From an uncultured bacterium (GTDB taxonomy: Bacteria > Bdellovibrionota_B > Oligoflexia > CAYFLR01), in assembly GCA_964544765.1 (NCBI GenBank), contig CAZJDM010000003.1, positions 1 through 62,094 on the forward strand: DNA of 62,094 nt, in the 5' to 3' direction. Of this stretch, positions 37,401-45,668 are shown piece after piece. Each line of letters starts with the position of its first letter. Position 1 is the stretch's first letter. Below the pieces are notes generated by a model that saw only the letters and a program-made list of their open reading frames with translations, ran no database searches and was not told the origin of the DNA. The position numbers and the translations under genes are program-made.

Positions 37401-38276
37401 TTGGTAATTATAGTCACCAGGTGATCCAACAATTATCCTTCCGTTTCTGATATCCACGCTCCAGCCAAAATTAGCGCTGGTTGTTTTATTAGGTACAAGG
37501 CCAAAATGTCGTGACCAATTTACTTTATTCTCATTAATGATGGGGTGAAAAACATATACTTTGCCAATATTAGATTCTATATCATTCCTGTGATAAGGCT
37601 CGCCAACTATTACTACACCTTGATCTATAGCCACGCTGTATCCGAAATAGCCTTTTAACTGTGGTTCGGGTGAGGTGAACTTCTCAATTTGTTCCCAATT
37701 ATTGATTTCTTTATTGTATTTAAAAATATATACAGCGCCTACATCCTGCAGTAAGTTGAGTTTCAGATCATGAGCATAGGCTCCTACTACAATTAAATTG
37801 CCTGTTGGATCGATATCAACGCTGAAACCAAAGTGATCATGACGGACTCCATCATTGGCAGTTAATTGCTGTTGAAAAATCCACTCATTCCCCTCTCCCT
37901 CTCGTTGATATATGTAGACTGCTCCTAATCTACCTGACGCTAAGTCTCCTCCCACCACCATTCTATTAGCGGATACTGCTACGCTTTTTCCTAGATTATA
38001 ATGATTTTTATCACAATCGGTTTCATATTTTAATTTAGCAAAGTTTCCCAATCCTGAAGCTACTAAGTTGGCAGTTGGAGCTTGGGTGGTTTTTTCCACT
38101 AAAGGAGAACAAACTAAATCAGGGTCGATTTGTAGCAAATATTCTTCTAAGTCTTCTAAATTACCACTTTTTTTACAATCGTTATCTAAATATGACTGTA
38201 TTTCACCCTCAAATACGTTACAATTTGAGATTAATATAGTACAACATAAGATTATTACTACATATAATCGCTTCAT
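34419..38276 (-). CDS. Giant lipoprotein: FG-GAP/integrin-alpha-like beta-propeller, middle beta-rich region, polyproline tract, C-terminal HExxH region
   Basis: 1285 aa with a lipobox (ILISNC|N). There are at least 7 FG-GAP-like blades (DHFGFSVDI, GYFGYSVAI, ANFGWSVDI, DYFGFSVGI, DFFGQRVAI, DYFGWDMAI). The tract 'PSPPPGLPD...PRPPPPIP...GPPPPPPDD...PPPRPVPE' and the motif 'LLHESLHH' follow. Confidence 0.7.
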   Translation of the reverse strand: MKRLYVVIILCCTILISNCNVFEGEIQSYLDNDCKKSGNLEDLEEYLLQIDPDLVCSPLVEKTTQAPTANLVASGLGNFAKLKYETDCDKNHYNLGKSVAVSANRMVVGGDLASGRLGAVYIYQREGEGNEWIFQQQLTANDGVRHDHFGFSVDIDPTGNLIVVGAYAHDLKLNLLQDVGAVYIFKYNKEINNWEQIEKFTSPEPQLKGYFGYSVAIDQGVVIVGEPYHRNDIESNIGKVYVFHPIINENKVNWSRHFGLVPNKTTSANFGWSVDIRNGRIIVGSPGDYNYQGSSYIYSWSEEKENFKLESVLTAYDKTENDYFGFSVGISHDHAVVGAFGDDDYGELSGAAYIFQHTSQGWLESQKLISDTPMTGDFFGQRVAISGQIILVGSFFEYSKNTTGTTYMFQHDGYSWKQASKINGEVGNKSDYFGWDMAITGKDLIVSAPYVNSADDKINCGAAYVFRDIKAPSNPTISVNNNFGYTDSRSVRLSLAAEGSPSYVYISNSEDCAINGEWYLYNPSITWIFPKQLKPSNNVSVKYSDLSGNESSCISATIKKDTIQLTDFDINKPSLKLTMDSSQTIIEWDSITNMIYYQLSILDKEKKQIYRSEPLNSKRDVINVIIDNAFDNRELSLILEFAENNISTHYAFFYDLNKDIESFPVVQNYIEISPTTASKQFLDKNGKARYIPIVLSTPANDPVFNFTYQSATVPYNMILVNEKRYVAKALIFNLANTSELVFTENFDKVYLKDDQADEVDIEQYIQDQYQDSKKGTKWAESIFIQLRDIDFRYALEKETTRYRDSVVQGDQNPDIDKIKTYIEQYKKTNNVDNIYAHPFTKLALDQSPLTKLYNEESIFPMIDKNEVTLIRFGSTRSYTPEFISDLTSENKITLFNLISNDMEESFLNNDPCGFGLVAGPDACMLNDPESIRGIRTRGGISSQGKIGEIFIKKKPSPPPGLPDIAPWKKGEPRPPPPIPVTTPWRVGEEGPPPPPPDDLIKVPPPRPVPEIHRGNIADLLMQVYEIDEDVFINLDDPNDKALPQIEQAWDNEFGELGEYSGSQAKYTVEGIKDGIRDLARDYPDVAIALISEHFESGREGPSIKITAIPDLLDMGDRVFMPDDLRDPSMISLSPASIINGTPGGYLDKSRELFDEQGQSLGLAVEPITLGETLLHESLHHIYYQKDMNFGDNSWSSELKEEEQVVDVVDGFRTLQGRPQRIHYENYSYGQQLTPQLDTYTSSVEILKSPNKILQDTPLQDFLDQYKLDTSDPRNTWYGWHPDGGF

Positions 38277-38430
38277 ATTACTTCTTTTTCAAATTCTAGG
38301 ATTATGTAGTGATAATAAAGATAAATTTCTCTAGTATCAATTTTCTTTCGGTTTTAATTAATGATCAGCTTAGAAGTATGTATTTTATTTGTGAAATAAG
38401 TAGGTTAGAAAGGGTGAATTAAAAAGAATG

Positions 38431-39360
38431 TTAATGCCCTAATCCGTGTGCCATCTCAATCAAGTGTTCTAGTGTTTTAAGTATTTCGTCCATGTATTCC
38501 TTAGCAGCTTTAACACTACCAGGGAGTGTATATATTAGGCTTTTGTTCATTACTCCAGAGATACTTCTACTAATAAGTGCTTGAGGATTATTCTGTCCGT
38601 ATTTCCATCTAATGTGTTCCATAATTCCTGGTATTATTTTATCGCAATGCTTATTAGCTACCTCATAAGTTATATCTCGTGGACCAATTCCTGTTCCTCC
38701 AGTTGTAATAACAACATCGATGTAGCTTTTTTTGGCCTTATCTAGTTCTTGACCCAGTATACTTGGATCGTCCGGGACAATAGAAGATGTTAAGTCGAAG
38801 TGCCATCTAGTATTAATAAAATGTTCATTGATTGCTTTAAATATTGTTGGACCGCTTAGGTCTTCGTATTCACCTTGACTAGCTCGGTCACTGACAGTGA
38901 TAATTTGGAAGCGTAGCAAATAGGGAATGTATTTAAATTTATCTCCAGCTTTAATGGTTCCACCGTTAATTACTCGACAAAAAACCCCCTCTTGGGGCAT
39001 TACGCACTTACCGACCTCTTGGTAAATTGCGCATCCTCCTCCATGACATTTTTTACCGATTTGAGTAACCTCCAATTCTACATCGTCATTTCCTATTATG
39101 AACCGATCCAATAAGGAGACTTTAGTAAGATCAAATCCTACGGTGGTAATATTTTCGGCAAATTCGCCGGGTTTAAAATCTCGGTTACCTTTTTGGTTAG
39201 CGAATTTATCGATACTTTCTTTTGCTAACAAACTAACTTGCCTGTGCCATGGACCAGAATGAGCATCATTTATTATTCCTCGGTGGTTGATATTAATTTC
39301 ATCAACAGGAGATTTTAAGGTGCCTTTGACTTTAGAAATGTTAACTGAATGTATAATCAT
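38431..39360 (-). CDS. MOSC domain fused to MogA/MoaB-type molybdopterin adenylyltransferase domain
   Basis: 309 aa. The N-terminal ~150 aa are MOSC-like ('GEFAENITTVGFDL...', Cys cluster 'KKCHGGGC'). The C-terminal half has 'ITVSDRASQGEYEDLSGP' and 'TTGGTGIGPRDIT', which are MogA/MoaB signatures. Confidence 0.8.
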   Translation of the reverse strand: MIIHSVNISKVKGTLKSPVDEININHRGIINDAHSGPWHRQVSLLAKESIDKFANQKGNRDFKPGEFAENITTVGFDLTKVSLLDRFIIGNDDVELEVTQIGKKCHGGGCAIYQEVGKCVMPQEGVFCRVINGGTIKAGDKFKYIPYLLRFQIITVSDRASQGEYEDLSGPTIFKAINEHFINTRWHFDLTSSIVPDDPSILGQELDKAKKSYIDVVITTGGTGIGPRDITYEVANKHCDKIIPGIMEHIRWKYGQNNPQALISRSISGVMNKSLIYTLPGSVKAAKEYMDEILKTLEHLIEMAHGLGH

Positions 39361-39547
39361 AATTTAAGTTCCTCTTGTCTTCCAAATACTAAATAATATG
39401 TATCTTATTTTTTATGACTAATGTGAAATTATTCTTTAAATAAAGACAAATGTTTGGTACCTACTTTTGATGATGGTGACTATAGCAAAGTTTCTCTAAG
39501 CAGGCAAATAATACAAAACTCAAGTGCTTTTGGGGAGTGATCTCAGA

Positions 39548-40033
39548 ATGGACAATGACAATACTCTATCTCATATCGATAAAGACGGAAATCCAACTAT
39601 TGTGGATATTAGTTCTAAGTCAATTACTAGAAGAACAGCAGTCGCCTGTTCTTTGGTGGTTTTAGATCCAAAAATTGCAGCTCTTTTGAAAGAAGGCGAA
39701 ATTAACACTAAAAAAGGACCCGTCTTTCAAACCGCGATCATTGCTGGTACAATGGCGGCAAAACAAACCTTTAACCTTATACCATTGTGCCATCCAATTG
39801 GACTTGAGGATTGTAGAATTAAGATCTATCTTGATAAAGATAATATTGTTCATATTCAATGCAAGGTTGTTGTTAATGCTAAGACTGGTGTGGAAATGGA
39901 AGCTCTTACGGGAGCCAGTGTTGCGGCTCTTACAGTTTATGATATGTGTAAAGGGGTATCTCATAATATTATTATTAAGGAAATTAGACTATTTGAAAAG
40001 AAAGGCGGCAAAAGCGATTTCACATTTCCTTAA
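39548..40033 (+). CDS. moaC: Cyclic pyranopterin monophosphate synthase MoaC
   Basis: 'LSHIDKDGNPTIVDIS.K..T.R.A', 'LIPLCHP' and 'GVEMEALTGASVAALTVYDMCK' are canonical MoaC motifs. The ORF opens at a GTG at 39524, but the ATG at 39548 gives the usual N-terminus. Confidence 0.9.
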   Translation: MDNDNTLSHIDKDGNPTIVDISSKSITRRTAVACSLVVLDPKIAALLKEGEINTKKGPVFQTAIIAGTMAAKQTFNLIPLCHPIGLEDCRIKIYLDKDNIVHIQCKVVVNAKTGVEMEALTGASVAALTVYDMCKGVSHNIIIKEIRLFEKKGGKSDFTFP

Positions 40034-40254
40034 TTTTATATTTATATTGTGTCATAGTCAAAGTCAAAATAATAAACTAGCTACTAGGGATATTTCTTTA
40101 AAAAATGGTTCAATTATGGATCAAGTATCTGAAGAAATGTAAGGTGGAAATTAGTCATATAAATGCAAACTAGAATGATTCTGGGTTTTTGTTTATTATT
40201 AATATTTCTTTGTTGTTGGATGGTTAGAGATAATTACTTAGAATTGAGATTAAA

Positions 40255-40274
40255 TACCAACAAAATTGTTGGTA
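40255..40274 (-). terminator. Possible intrinsic terminator hairpin for the 40318-40551 gene
   Basis: A perfect 8-bp stem (taccaaca/tgttggta) with a 4-nt loop, about 45 nt downstream of the stop. On the minus strand it is followed by TTTAATCT, a weak U-tract. Confidence 0.3.
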
Positions 40275-40317
40275 AGTGATGAAAGTGCCAACGAATGTGT
40301 TTTCCTAAATAAAATAT

Positions 40318-40551
40318 TTACCTGTTTAAACAATCTCCGTTAGTAGAATAATCATCCCAGGCCCACTTACATTTTTTTGAGGCTCTACATTTATAACAAG
40401 TAAAATTTTCGATGTTGTAATCTGATTTACATCTTGCTTTGCTAAATTGTTTTAGTTTTTCTATTAAAGTTTGTTGTTCTTTTAGAAACTCATGCAAGTC
40501 CATTAAGCTTTTATATTTAGATATTTGTTCTAAAATCTCTTTGTCTTTCAT
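40318..40551 (-). CDS. Small cytoplasmic Cys-rich protein, unknown function
   Basis: 77 aa with a helical N-half and a C-half containing 5 Cys (CKSDYNIENFTCYKCRASKKCKW...GDC). No signal peptide. Confidence 0.4.
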   Translation of the reverse strand: MKDKEILEQISKYKSLMDLHEFLKEQQTLIEKLKQFSKARCKSDYNIENFTCYKCRASKKCKWAWDDYSTNGDCLNR

Positions 40552-40704
40552 AATTAAACGTCAAATCATTAGCTTATCTTAAATATACCATTAATATTTC
40601 TTATTTACCGCATTAAGCAAATTAAGTCCAGAATTTCTTTAAATGATTTTTGGAGTTTTATTCAAATCAAAGTTAATTAGCGCTACTTGTGATATAATAA
40701 TTAC

Positions 40705-41463
40705 ATGAATCAAGTAATACACCTATTGATTTGGTTAACTGCTTTTTTCCTTTTTAGTAGGGAACAATATTTTGCCGCCTTAGGGTTTGCTATATTGGGA
40801 ACTTGGAGACTGGTTCGGTCTTTAATTCAACTTTCTAAGGAAAAAAAGCTTAAAAATGAGTTAAAAGAAGATGTTTTTGATATCGAGGTTTCGGGCCAAA
40901 CCAAAATATATAGAAACCAAAAGCGATATTTGTTGAATACATTACGGGTGGCAATTTTTTTGGCACTATTTATTTTTATTCCAGGTAGCCACAATTTTGA
41001 TATTCTCTTGGTAACCATATTTGCAGCTTTTATTCTTTATCAAATAATAACCAGGTTGGAAAATGAATATATTTCTTTTTCATCTGAAGGTTTTACCTTG
41101 GGAGATCGAAATTTTTCGTTTGTTGTCAATTGGGATAATATTTCCGAAATTGATTTGGGATCAATGTATAATATTCAATGTGTTTTAATCAATTTATTAG
41201 ATACAAAGTCATTAAAAGACTCCATCGAACCTAACAAGAATTTTTCCAAGGATAAAGCCGAGAAAATGATCCAGAGAAATATCGATGTTAGTCGTGATTG
41301 GATCGGATGGGATTTTGCAATCGTTTCAGAAAAATTTGGTTTAAGTCCGGTGTATTTTCTCAGATTAATTGAGAAGTATCGATCTAATCCTGATAATAGA
41401 AAAGATTTGCAAACAAAAGAGAGTGTTTCCGAGATAAATAACCTAGATAAAACAGGATCCTAA
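40705..41463 (+). CDS. Membrane protein, unknown function
   Basis: 252 aa with four hydrophobic helices in the N-terminal half and a soluble C-terminal domain. Confidence 0.5.
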   Translation: MNQVIHLLIWLTAFFLFSREQYFAALGFAILGTWRLVRSLIQLSKEKKLKNELKEDVFDIEVSGQTKIYRNQKRYLLNTLRVAIFLALFIFIPGSHNFDILLVTIFAAFILYQIITRLENEYISFSSEGFTLGDRNFSFVVNWDNISEIDLGSMYNIQCVLINLLDTKSLKDSIEPNKNFSKDKAEKMIQRNIDVSRDWIGWDFAIVSEKFGLSPVYFLRLIEKYRSNPDNRKDLQTKESVSEINNLDKTGS

Positions 41464-41542
41464 CATTTTATATATATTTTTTGATTAAATTTAGAATTTA
41501 TGTTAGCGTCGTCCCTAATTATTTAGTGTTAGGGATGAAATT

Positions 41543-42925
41543 ATGGGATCAAAAGATACACCTATTGACTATAATGTTGTGATCAATAACATTAATAAGA
41601 GCGGAATAAAACGATTTGAACATGCCTCGATCAGAGAAATTAGAAAGCTGATCAATGATATTGAAAGTGAAACTGATAAGAAGTTTATTCGTATGGAAAT
41701 GGGCGTTCCTGGTTTACCAACACCACAAATTGCTATTGATGCTGAAATTGATGCCATAAGGTCCGGGGTTACCAATATTTACCCTAATGTAGATGGCATT
41801 CCTGATTTAAAACAAGAAACCCAAAGGTTTATTAAGTTATTTTTAGATATTGATATTGATCAACAAGGTTGTATTCCAACCGTAGGCTCTATTAATGGAA
41901 TGTTTGCTGCTTTAATGGTGTTGGGAAGGGCTAATCCTGGGCGAGATACGGTATTATTTATCGAACCGGGCTTTCCGGTTCAAAAACAAATAGTTAATAT
42001 TATTGGTTTAAAACAGGTTAGTTTTGATGTTTACCCATATAGGGGCAACAAGTTAAAAGCAGTATTGGAGAAATATTTAGTTCAAGGTAATATTTCATCC
42101 ATTGTCTATTCTAATCCAAATAATCCAACCTGGATATGTTTTAACGAAGAAGAATTGAGAATAATAGGTGAGTTATCCAATCGGTATAATGTACAAATTA
42201 TTGAAGATTTAGCTTATTTTGCCATGGATTTTCGAAAGGATTTGGCTCATCCGGGTATTCCTCCCTTTCAATCTACTGTTGCTAAATATACCGATAATTA
42301 CATTATGTTGATTTCCAGCTCGAAATCTTTTAGTTATGCAGGTCAACGAATTGGTATGATGGCTATTAGTGATAAATTATATCATTCAAGTTTTGAGGGA
42401 TTATGTAAATACTATTCAACAACTAATTTTGGTCGAGCGGTAGTTATGGGTACTGTTTATGTGACAACTGCTGGAGTTTGTCACTCAGCTCAATATGGAT
42501 TAGCAGCGGTCCTAAAAGCTGTTAATGATGGTAAATATGATTTTGTTAAAACGGTGAGAGAGTACGGTAAAAGGGCCAAGATAATGAAATCTGTTTTTCA
42601 AAAAAATGGTTTCAACATAGTTTACGATAAAGATATTGACCAGCCTATTGGCGATGGTTTTTATTTTACTTTTGCCTATCCAGGAATGTCTGGAGAGGAA
42701 CTTTTAAAAGAATTACTTTTTTACGGCATTAGCGCGATTGGTCTATCTATTACGGGAAGTGAGAGAACAGAGGGTTTGCGAGCTTGTGTTTCTCAAGTCT
42801 CCACAGAACAATTAAACGAATTAGATAAACGATTACACCAGTTTATGGTGAATCATCCTCCAATGGCTATACAAGGATTAAAAAAACAAAAGGAAATAGG
42901 AAATAATAAATGTCCCATTTTGTAG
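41543..42925 (+). CDS. PLP-dependent aminotransferase (class I/II fold type I)
   Basis: 460 aa. 'YSNPNNPTW', 'IIEDLAYF' and 'SSSKSFSYAGQRIG' (the PLP-lysine motif SxSKxxxxxGxR) are present. It overlaps the downstream ior gene by 16 nt. Confidence 0.85.
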   Translation: MGSKDTPIDYNVVINNINKSGIKRFEHASIREIRKLINDIESETDKKFIRMEMGVPGLPTPQIAIDAEIDAIRSGVTNIYPNVDGIPDLKQETQRFIKLFLDIDIDQQGCIPTVGSINGMFAALMVLGRANPGRDTVLFIEPGFPVQKQIVNIIGLKQVSFDVYPYRGNKLKAVLEKYLVQGNISSIVYSNPNNPTWICFNEEELRIIGELSNRYNVQIIEDLAYFAMDFRKDLAHPGIPPFQSTVAKYTDNYIMLISSSKSFSYAGQRIGMMAISDKLYHSSFEGLCKYYSTTNFGRAVVMGTVYVTTAGVCHSAQYGLAAVLKAVNDGKYDFVKTVREYGKRAKIMKSVFQKNGFNIVYDKDIDQPIGDGFYFTFAYPGMSGEELLKELLFYGISAIGLSITGSERTEGLRACVSQVSTEQLNELDKRLHQFMVNHPPMAIQGLKKQKEIGNNKCPIL

Positions 42926-45561
42926 AAATGGTAAATTCTCCAACCAACAGTAAATTGGTTGTTCAGGGGAATGTTTCTTTTGCTTTAGGGGTTATTCATG
43001 CTGGCTATCATGCCGCTGATGGATATCCAGGTACTCCTAGTACTGAAGTAATTGATAAAGCTCTTAACTATGTTCAAGATAGAATTAAAGTTGGGTGGTC
43101 GGTTAATGAAGCCGTTGCTGTTAGCCTAGCTGTAGGTCATGCTATTGCCGGCTCTGATGTGGTAGTAACTATGAAAATTCCGGGTGTTTTTCAAGCTGCT
43201 GATGCCATTACTACTTCTGCTTTTTACAATGCTCCTGCTGGAGCTTTAGTTATCTATGCTGCTACTGATTATGTTCCATCTAGTACTCAACATGTAATTG
43301 ATGCTAGGTATTTTTTTGCATCTGCTAGGATTCCTGTATTAGAGCCACGTAATCATCAAGAAATGTACGAAATTGCTTGTTCAGCAGCAGACATTAGTCG
43401 GAAGTTTAATACCCCAGTAGTAGTCTTAGCTTCAGGTATATTGGCTCACTCAGAAGGATTGATTACTACCAAAGCTCCTCGTTTGGTTGAACCGAGAAAA
43501 ATACCAGATAACTTAAATCCTTGGATGCTTTTGCCAACCATTGCTAGAGAGAATTATAATATTGCGACTACTGAGAGAATCCCTGATGTTCAAAAATGGT
43601 ATGAATCATCCCATTTGATTACTGAAATTGATAATGGATTTGACAGTGGAATTGATGGTGAAGGTGATAATGCAAGTGTCGATGAAAGCAGTGATAAAAA
43701 TAGTGATGAAAAAAAATCTTGGGGAATCATTGTAGCCGGTGACTGTGAAATCATCGTAAATGAAGCTTTGGCTGTTCTCAGGCAAAAACCATCTATTTTG
43801 TCTATAAGCGCGGTTTATCCGATCCCTGAAGATAGAATTAAAAAATTTGCCGAGAAAGTGAGTGGTAAATTATTCATAATTGAAAATGGTGATAAATTTC
43901 TACAAGAAAAAATTTCCTTATTAGGCTTAAGTGTGGTTGGTAAGGATAAGTTTAGTACTATTACCCAATGGACCTGTGCCTCAATAATAAATCATTTAAC
44001 CAAGCATTTAGAAATACCTTACTCACCCAATCAATCTAAAAAATTATCGCTTCAACCTGTAAAACGACCCCCTATTATTTGTCCGGGATGTCCTTATCGG
44101 GGTTTTGCTTTAGTAGTAAAGAAATTAAAAAAGAAAAAGAAGTTATATGCTTCTTTTGGTGATATTGGATGTTCCACCTTGATCTATTTTTTAAATGGAA
44201 TTGATACGGTGTCTTGTATGGGAGCTTCTGATTCAATGCGACAGGGATTTGTAATTTCACGCCCTGAGATGGCATCCAAAACTATAAGTGTAATTGGTGA
44301 TTCGTGTGAATGTCATTCGGGTTTAGATTCGACTAGAAATGCTGTCTTTAGAAAGGTGCCAGGTGTAAAAGTTATTTTGGATAATAGAACGACAGCAATG
44401 ACTGGAGGTCAACCAGCTCCCAGTTCAATTCAAAATTTAGCCGGTCAAAATAACTATTTTAACTTATTAAAAGCGGTAGAAGCGGAAAATGAGAGAACCC
44501 TAAAGGTTGATGCCTTTGATATGAAACAAATTGAACATGAATTATTGTCAGCTCTGGAGTTAGCTGAAAAGGGTGTATATTCAACTATAATTGTTGAAGG
44601 TCCCTGTATTCGCGAGGTAGATAGGAGCAAAAAAGCCCTGGAGCTGGAAATAGATCTTGAAAAGTGTAAAAAATGTGGTTTGTGTGATGTTTGTTCAGGA
44701 ATCGAATTGAATGAGGACAAAATTCCCAAGTTCACTGAGCTATGTGCTAACTGTGGATCTCTTTCTCCCATTTGTCAACAAACATGTCCTTTTAATGCGA
44801 TTGTTCCCATTGATCACATAATACCTGAAGTTGATGATAAACGTATAGTTAAATCTATTTCCCCTCAAGATGTGTCTATACAAGATGTATCTATAGAAGA
44901 AAAGAAGGATGAAGTAGCGATTAAAGAAGTTAGATCAGTTTCTATGGATAAATTACCATCTTCTATTAGACTCGCTATTAGGGGAGTCGGGGGGCAAGGT
45001 AATTTATTTTTTGGTAAAGTGCTGTCTAAAGTAGCTTTTAAAGCTAACTATGATCAAAGGAATATTGTGAAGGGTGATACTCATGGTATGGCTCAGTTGG
45101 GAGGATCTGTTATATCCACATTTAGTTGTGGTGAAGTTTATTCTCCTATTTTGGCTCCCTATACAGCGGATGTATTGGTTGTCATGGAAGCAAGTGAAGT
45201 ATTACGTTCCGAATTTTTAGATTTACTTAAACCTCAAGGTACTATTATATTAAATAATTTTAAGGCTTTGCCAATAAATGTAAAAAGGGAAGTTTATCCT
45301 TTGGTAGAACAGATTGATAAAGTCTTAGCTGAATATAAGGTTATAAAAGTAGATGCCAATAAAATAATGGTCAAATTAGGAGATAAATATGGCAAAGCAT
45401 CAAATGTTTTAGTATTAGGGATATTATCAACGGTTTCTCCTTTTGATCTGATCTCGGAGGAATTATGGGTTAATTCTTTAAAAGAGATGCCATATAAGGA
45501 GTCAATAAATACAGCAAATATTAGAGCTTTTAAGAAGGGGAGATCCTTTAAAGAATCTTAA
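42910..45561 (+). CDS. Indolepyruvate:ferredoxin oxidoreductase, IorA and IorB fused in one polypeptide
   Basis: 883 aa. The IorA-like N-terminus is 'VQGNVSFALGVIHAGYHAADGYPGTPSTEV', with TPP-region motifs 'GDIGCSTL' and 'GDSCECHSG'. Two ferredoxin-type Cys clusters follow ('CKKCGLCDVC' and 'CANCG...CQQTCP'). After a linker comes the IorB/gamma-type 'IRLAIRGVGGQGNLFFGKVLS'. Confidence 0.85.
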   Translation: MSHFVEMVNSPTNSKLVVQGNVSFALGVIHAGYHAADGYPGTPSTEVIDKALNYVQDRIKVGWSVNEAVAVSLAVGHAIAGSDVVVTMKIPGVFQAADAITTSAFYNAPAGALVIYAATDYVPSSTQHVIDARYFFASARIPVLEPRNHQEMYEIACSAADISRKFNTPVVVLASGILAHSEGLITTKAPRLVEPRKIPDNLNPWMLLPTIARENYNIATTERIPDVQKWYESSHLITEIDNGFDSGIDGEGDNASVDESSDKNSDEKKSWGIIVAGDCEIIVNEALAVLRQKPSILSISAVYPIPEDRIKKFAEKVSGKLFIIENGDKFLQEKISLLGLSVVGKDKFSTITQWTCASIINHLTKHLEIPYSPNQSKKLSLQPVKRPPIICPGCPYRGFALVVKKLKKKKKLYASFGDIGCSTLIYFLNGIDTVSCMGASDSMRQGFVISRPEMASKTISVIGDSCECHSGLDSTRNAVFRKVPGVKVILDNRTTAMTGGQPAPSSIQNLAGQNNYFNLLKAVEAENERTLKVDAFDMKQIEHELLSALELAEKGVYSTIIVEGPCIREVDRSKKALELEIDLEKCKKCGLCDVCSGIELNEDKIPKFTELCANCGSLSPICQQTCPFNAIVPIDHIIPEVDDKRIVKSISPQDVSIQDVSIEEKKDEVAIKEVRSVSMDKLPSSIRLAIRGVGGQGNLFFGKVLSKVAFKANYDQRNIVKGDTHGMAQLGGSVISTFSCGEVYSPILAPYTADVLVVMEASEVLRSEFLDLLKPQGTIILNNFKALPINVKREVYPLVEQIDKVLAEYKVIKVDANKIMVKLGDKYGKASNVLVLGILSTVSPFDLISEELWVNSLKEMPYKESINTANIRAFKKGRSFKES

Positions 45562-45668
45562 GTTATCAGTCACCTGTATTCAGTCTTCAGCTGAAGTTGC
45601 TTTTTTAAAAACAGAAAACTGATAACCAAAAACTGATATAACTGACATATTAGGAGGAATGAAAAAAT

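Noticed and set aside
39361-39547. Possible Moco riboswitch in the divergent moaC / MOSC-mogA intergenic region.
   Set aside because: The region is extremely AT-rich. I see none of the conserved GC-rich stems or motif blocks of the Moco RNA motif. An Infernal scan would be decisive, but by eye nothing supports it.
39741-40142. 133-aa ORF overlapping moaC in another frame, and the antisense ORF at 39662-39964.
   Set aside because: MoaC motifs unambiguously define the real frame. The overlapping ORFs have low-complexity L/I/K composition and no support.
44454-44771. 105-aa antisense ORF within the ior gene. Similar short antisense or out-of-frame ORFs occur in the track at 177-413, 1493-1681, 3590-3793, 4092-4307, 4910-5092, 7174-7356, 7658-7867, 11204-11434, 11293-11586, 13906-14106, 16502-16711, 16706-16903, 17047-17253, 20094-20312, 20326-20562, 21561-21743, 22919-23101, 23273-23476, 25209-25451, 25948-26151, 27879-28112, 30995-31207, 32534-32785, 33718-33933, 35506-35769, 38068-38334, 40827-41018, 41569-41775, 44075-44275, 53623-53901, 54161-54448, 56202-56417, 56937-57152, 59848-60114 and 61002-61208.
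   Set aside because: All lie within, or mostly overlap, longer ORFs that have motifs, signal peptides or operon context. They have no independent support.
45585-45626. Possible terminator between ior and rocD: palindrome cttcag/ctgaag followed by T6, plus the outer inverted repeat gttatcag (45562-45569) / ctgataac (45619-45626).
   Set aside because: The inner palindrome has no loop and can form only about 4 bp with a tetraloop. The outer stem is 8 bp with a 49-nt loop. This is too weak to call a terminator or attenuator without folding energies or transcript data.
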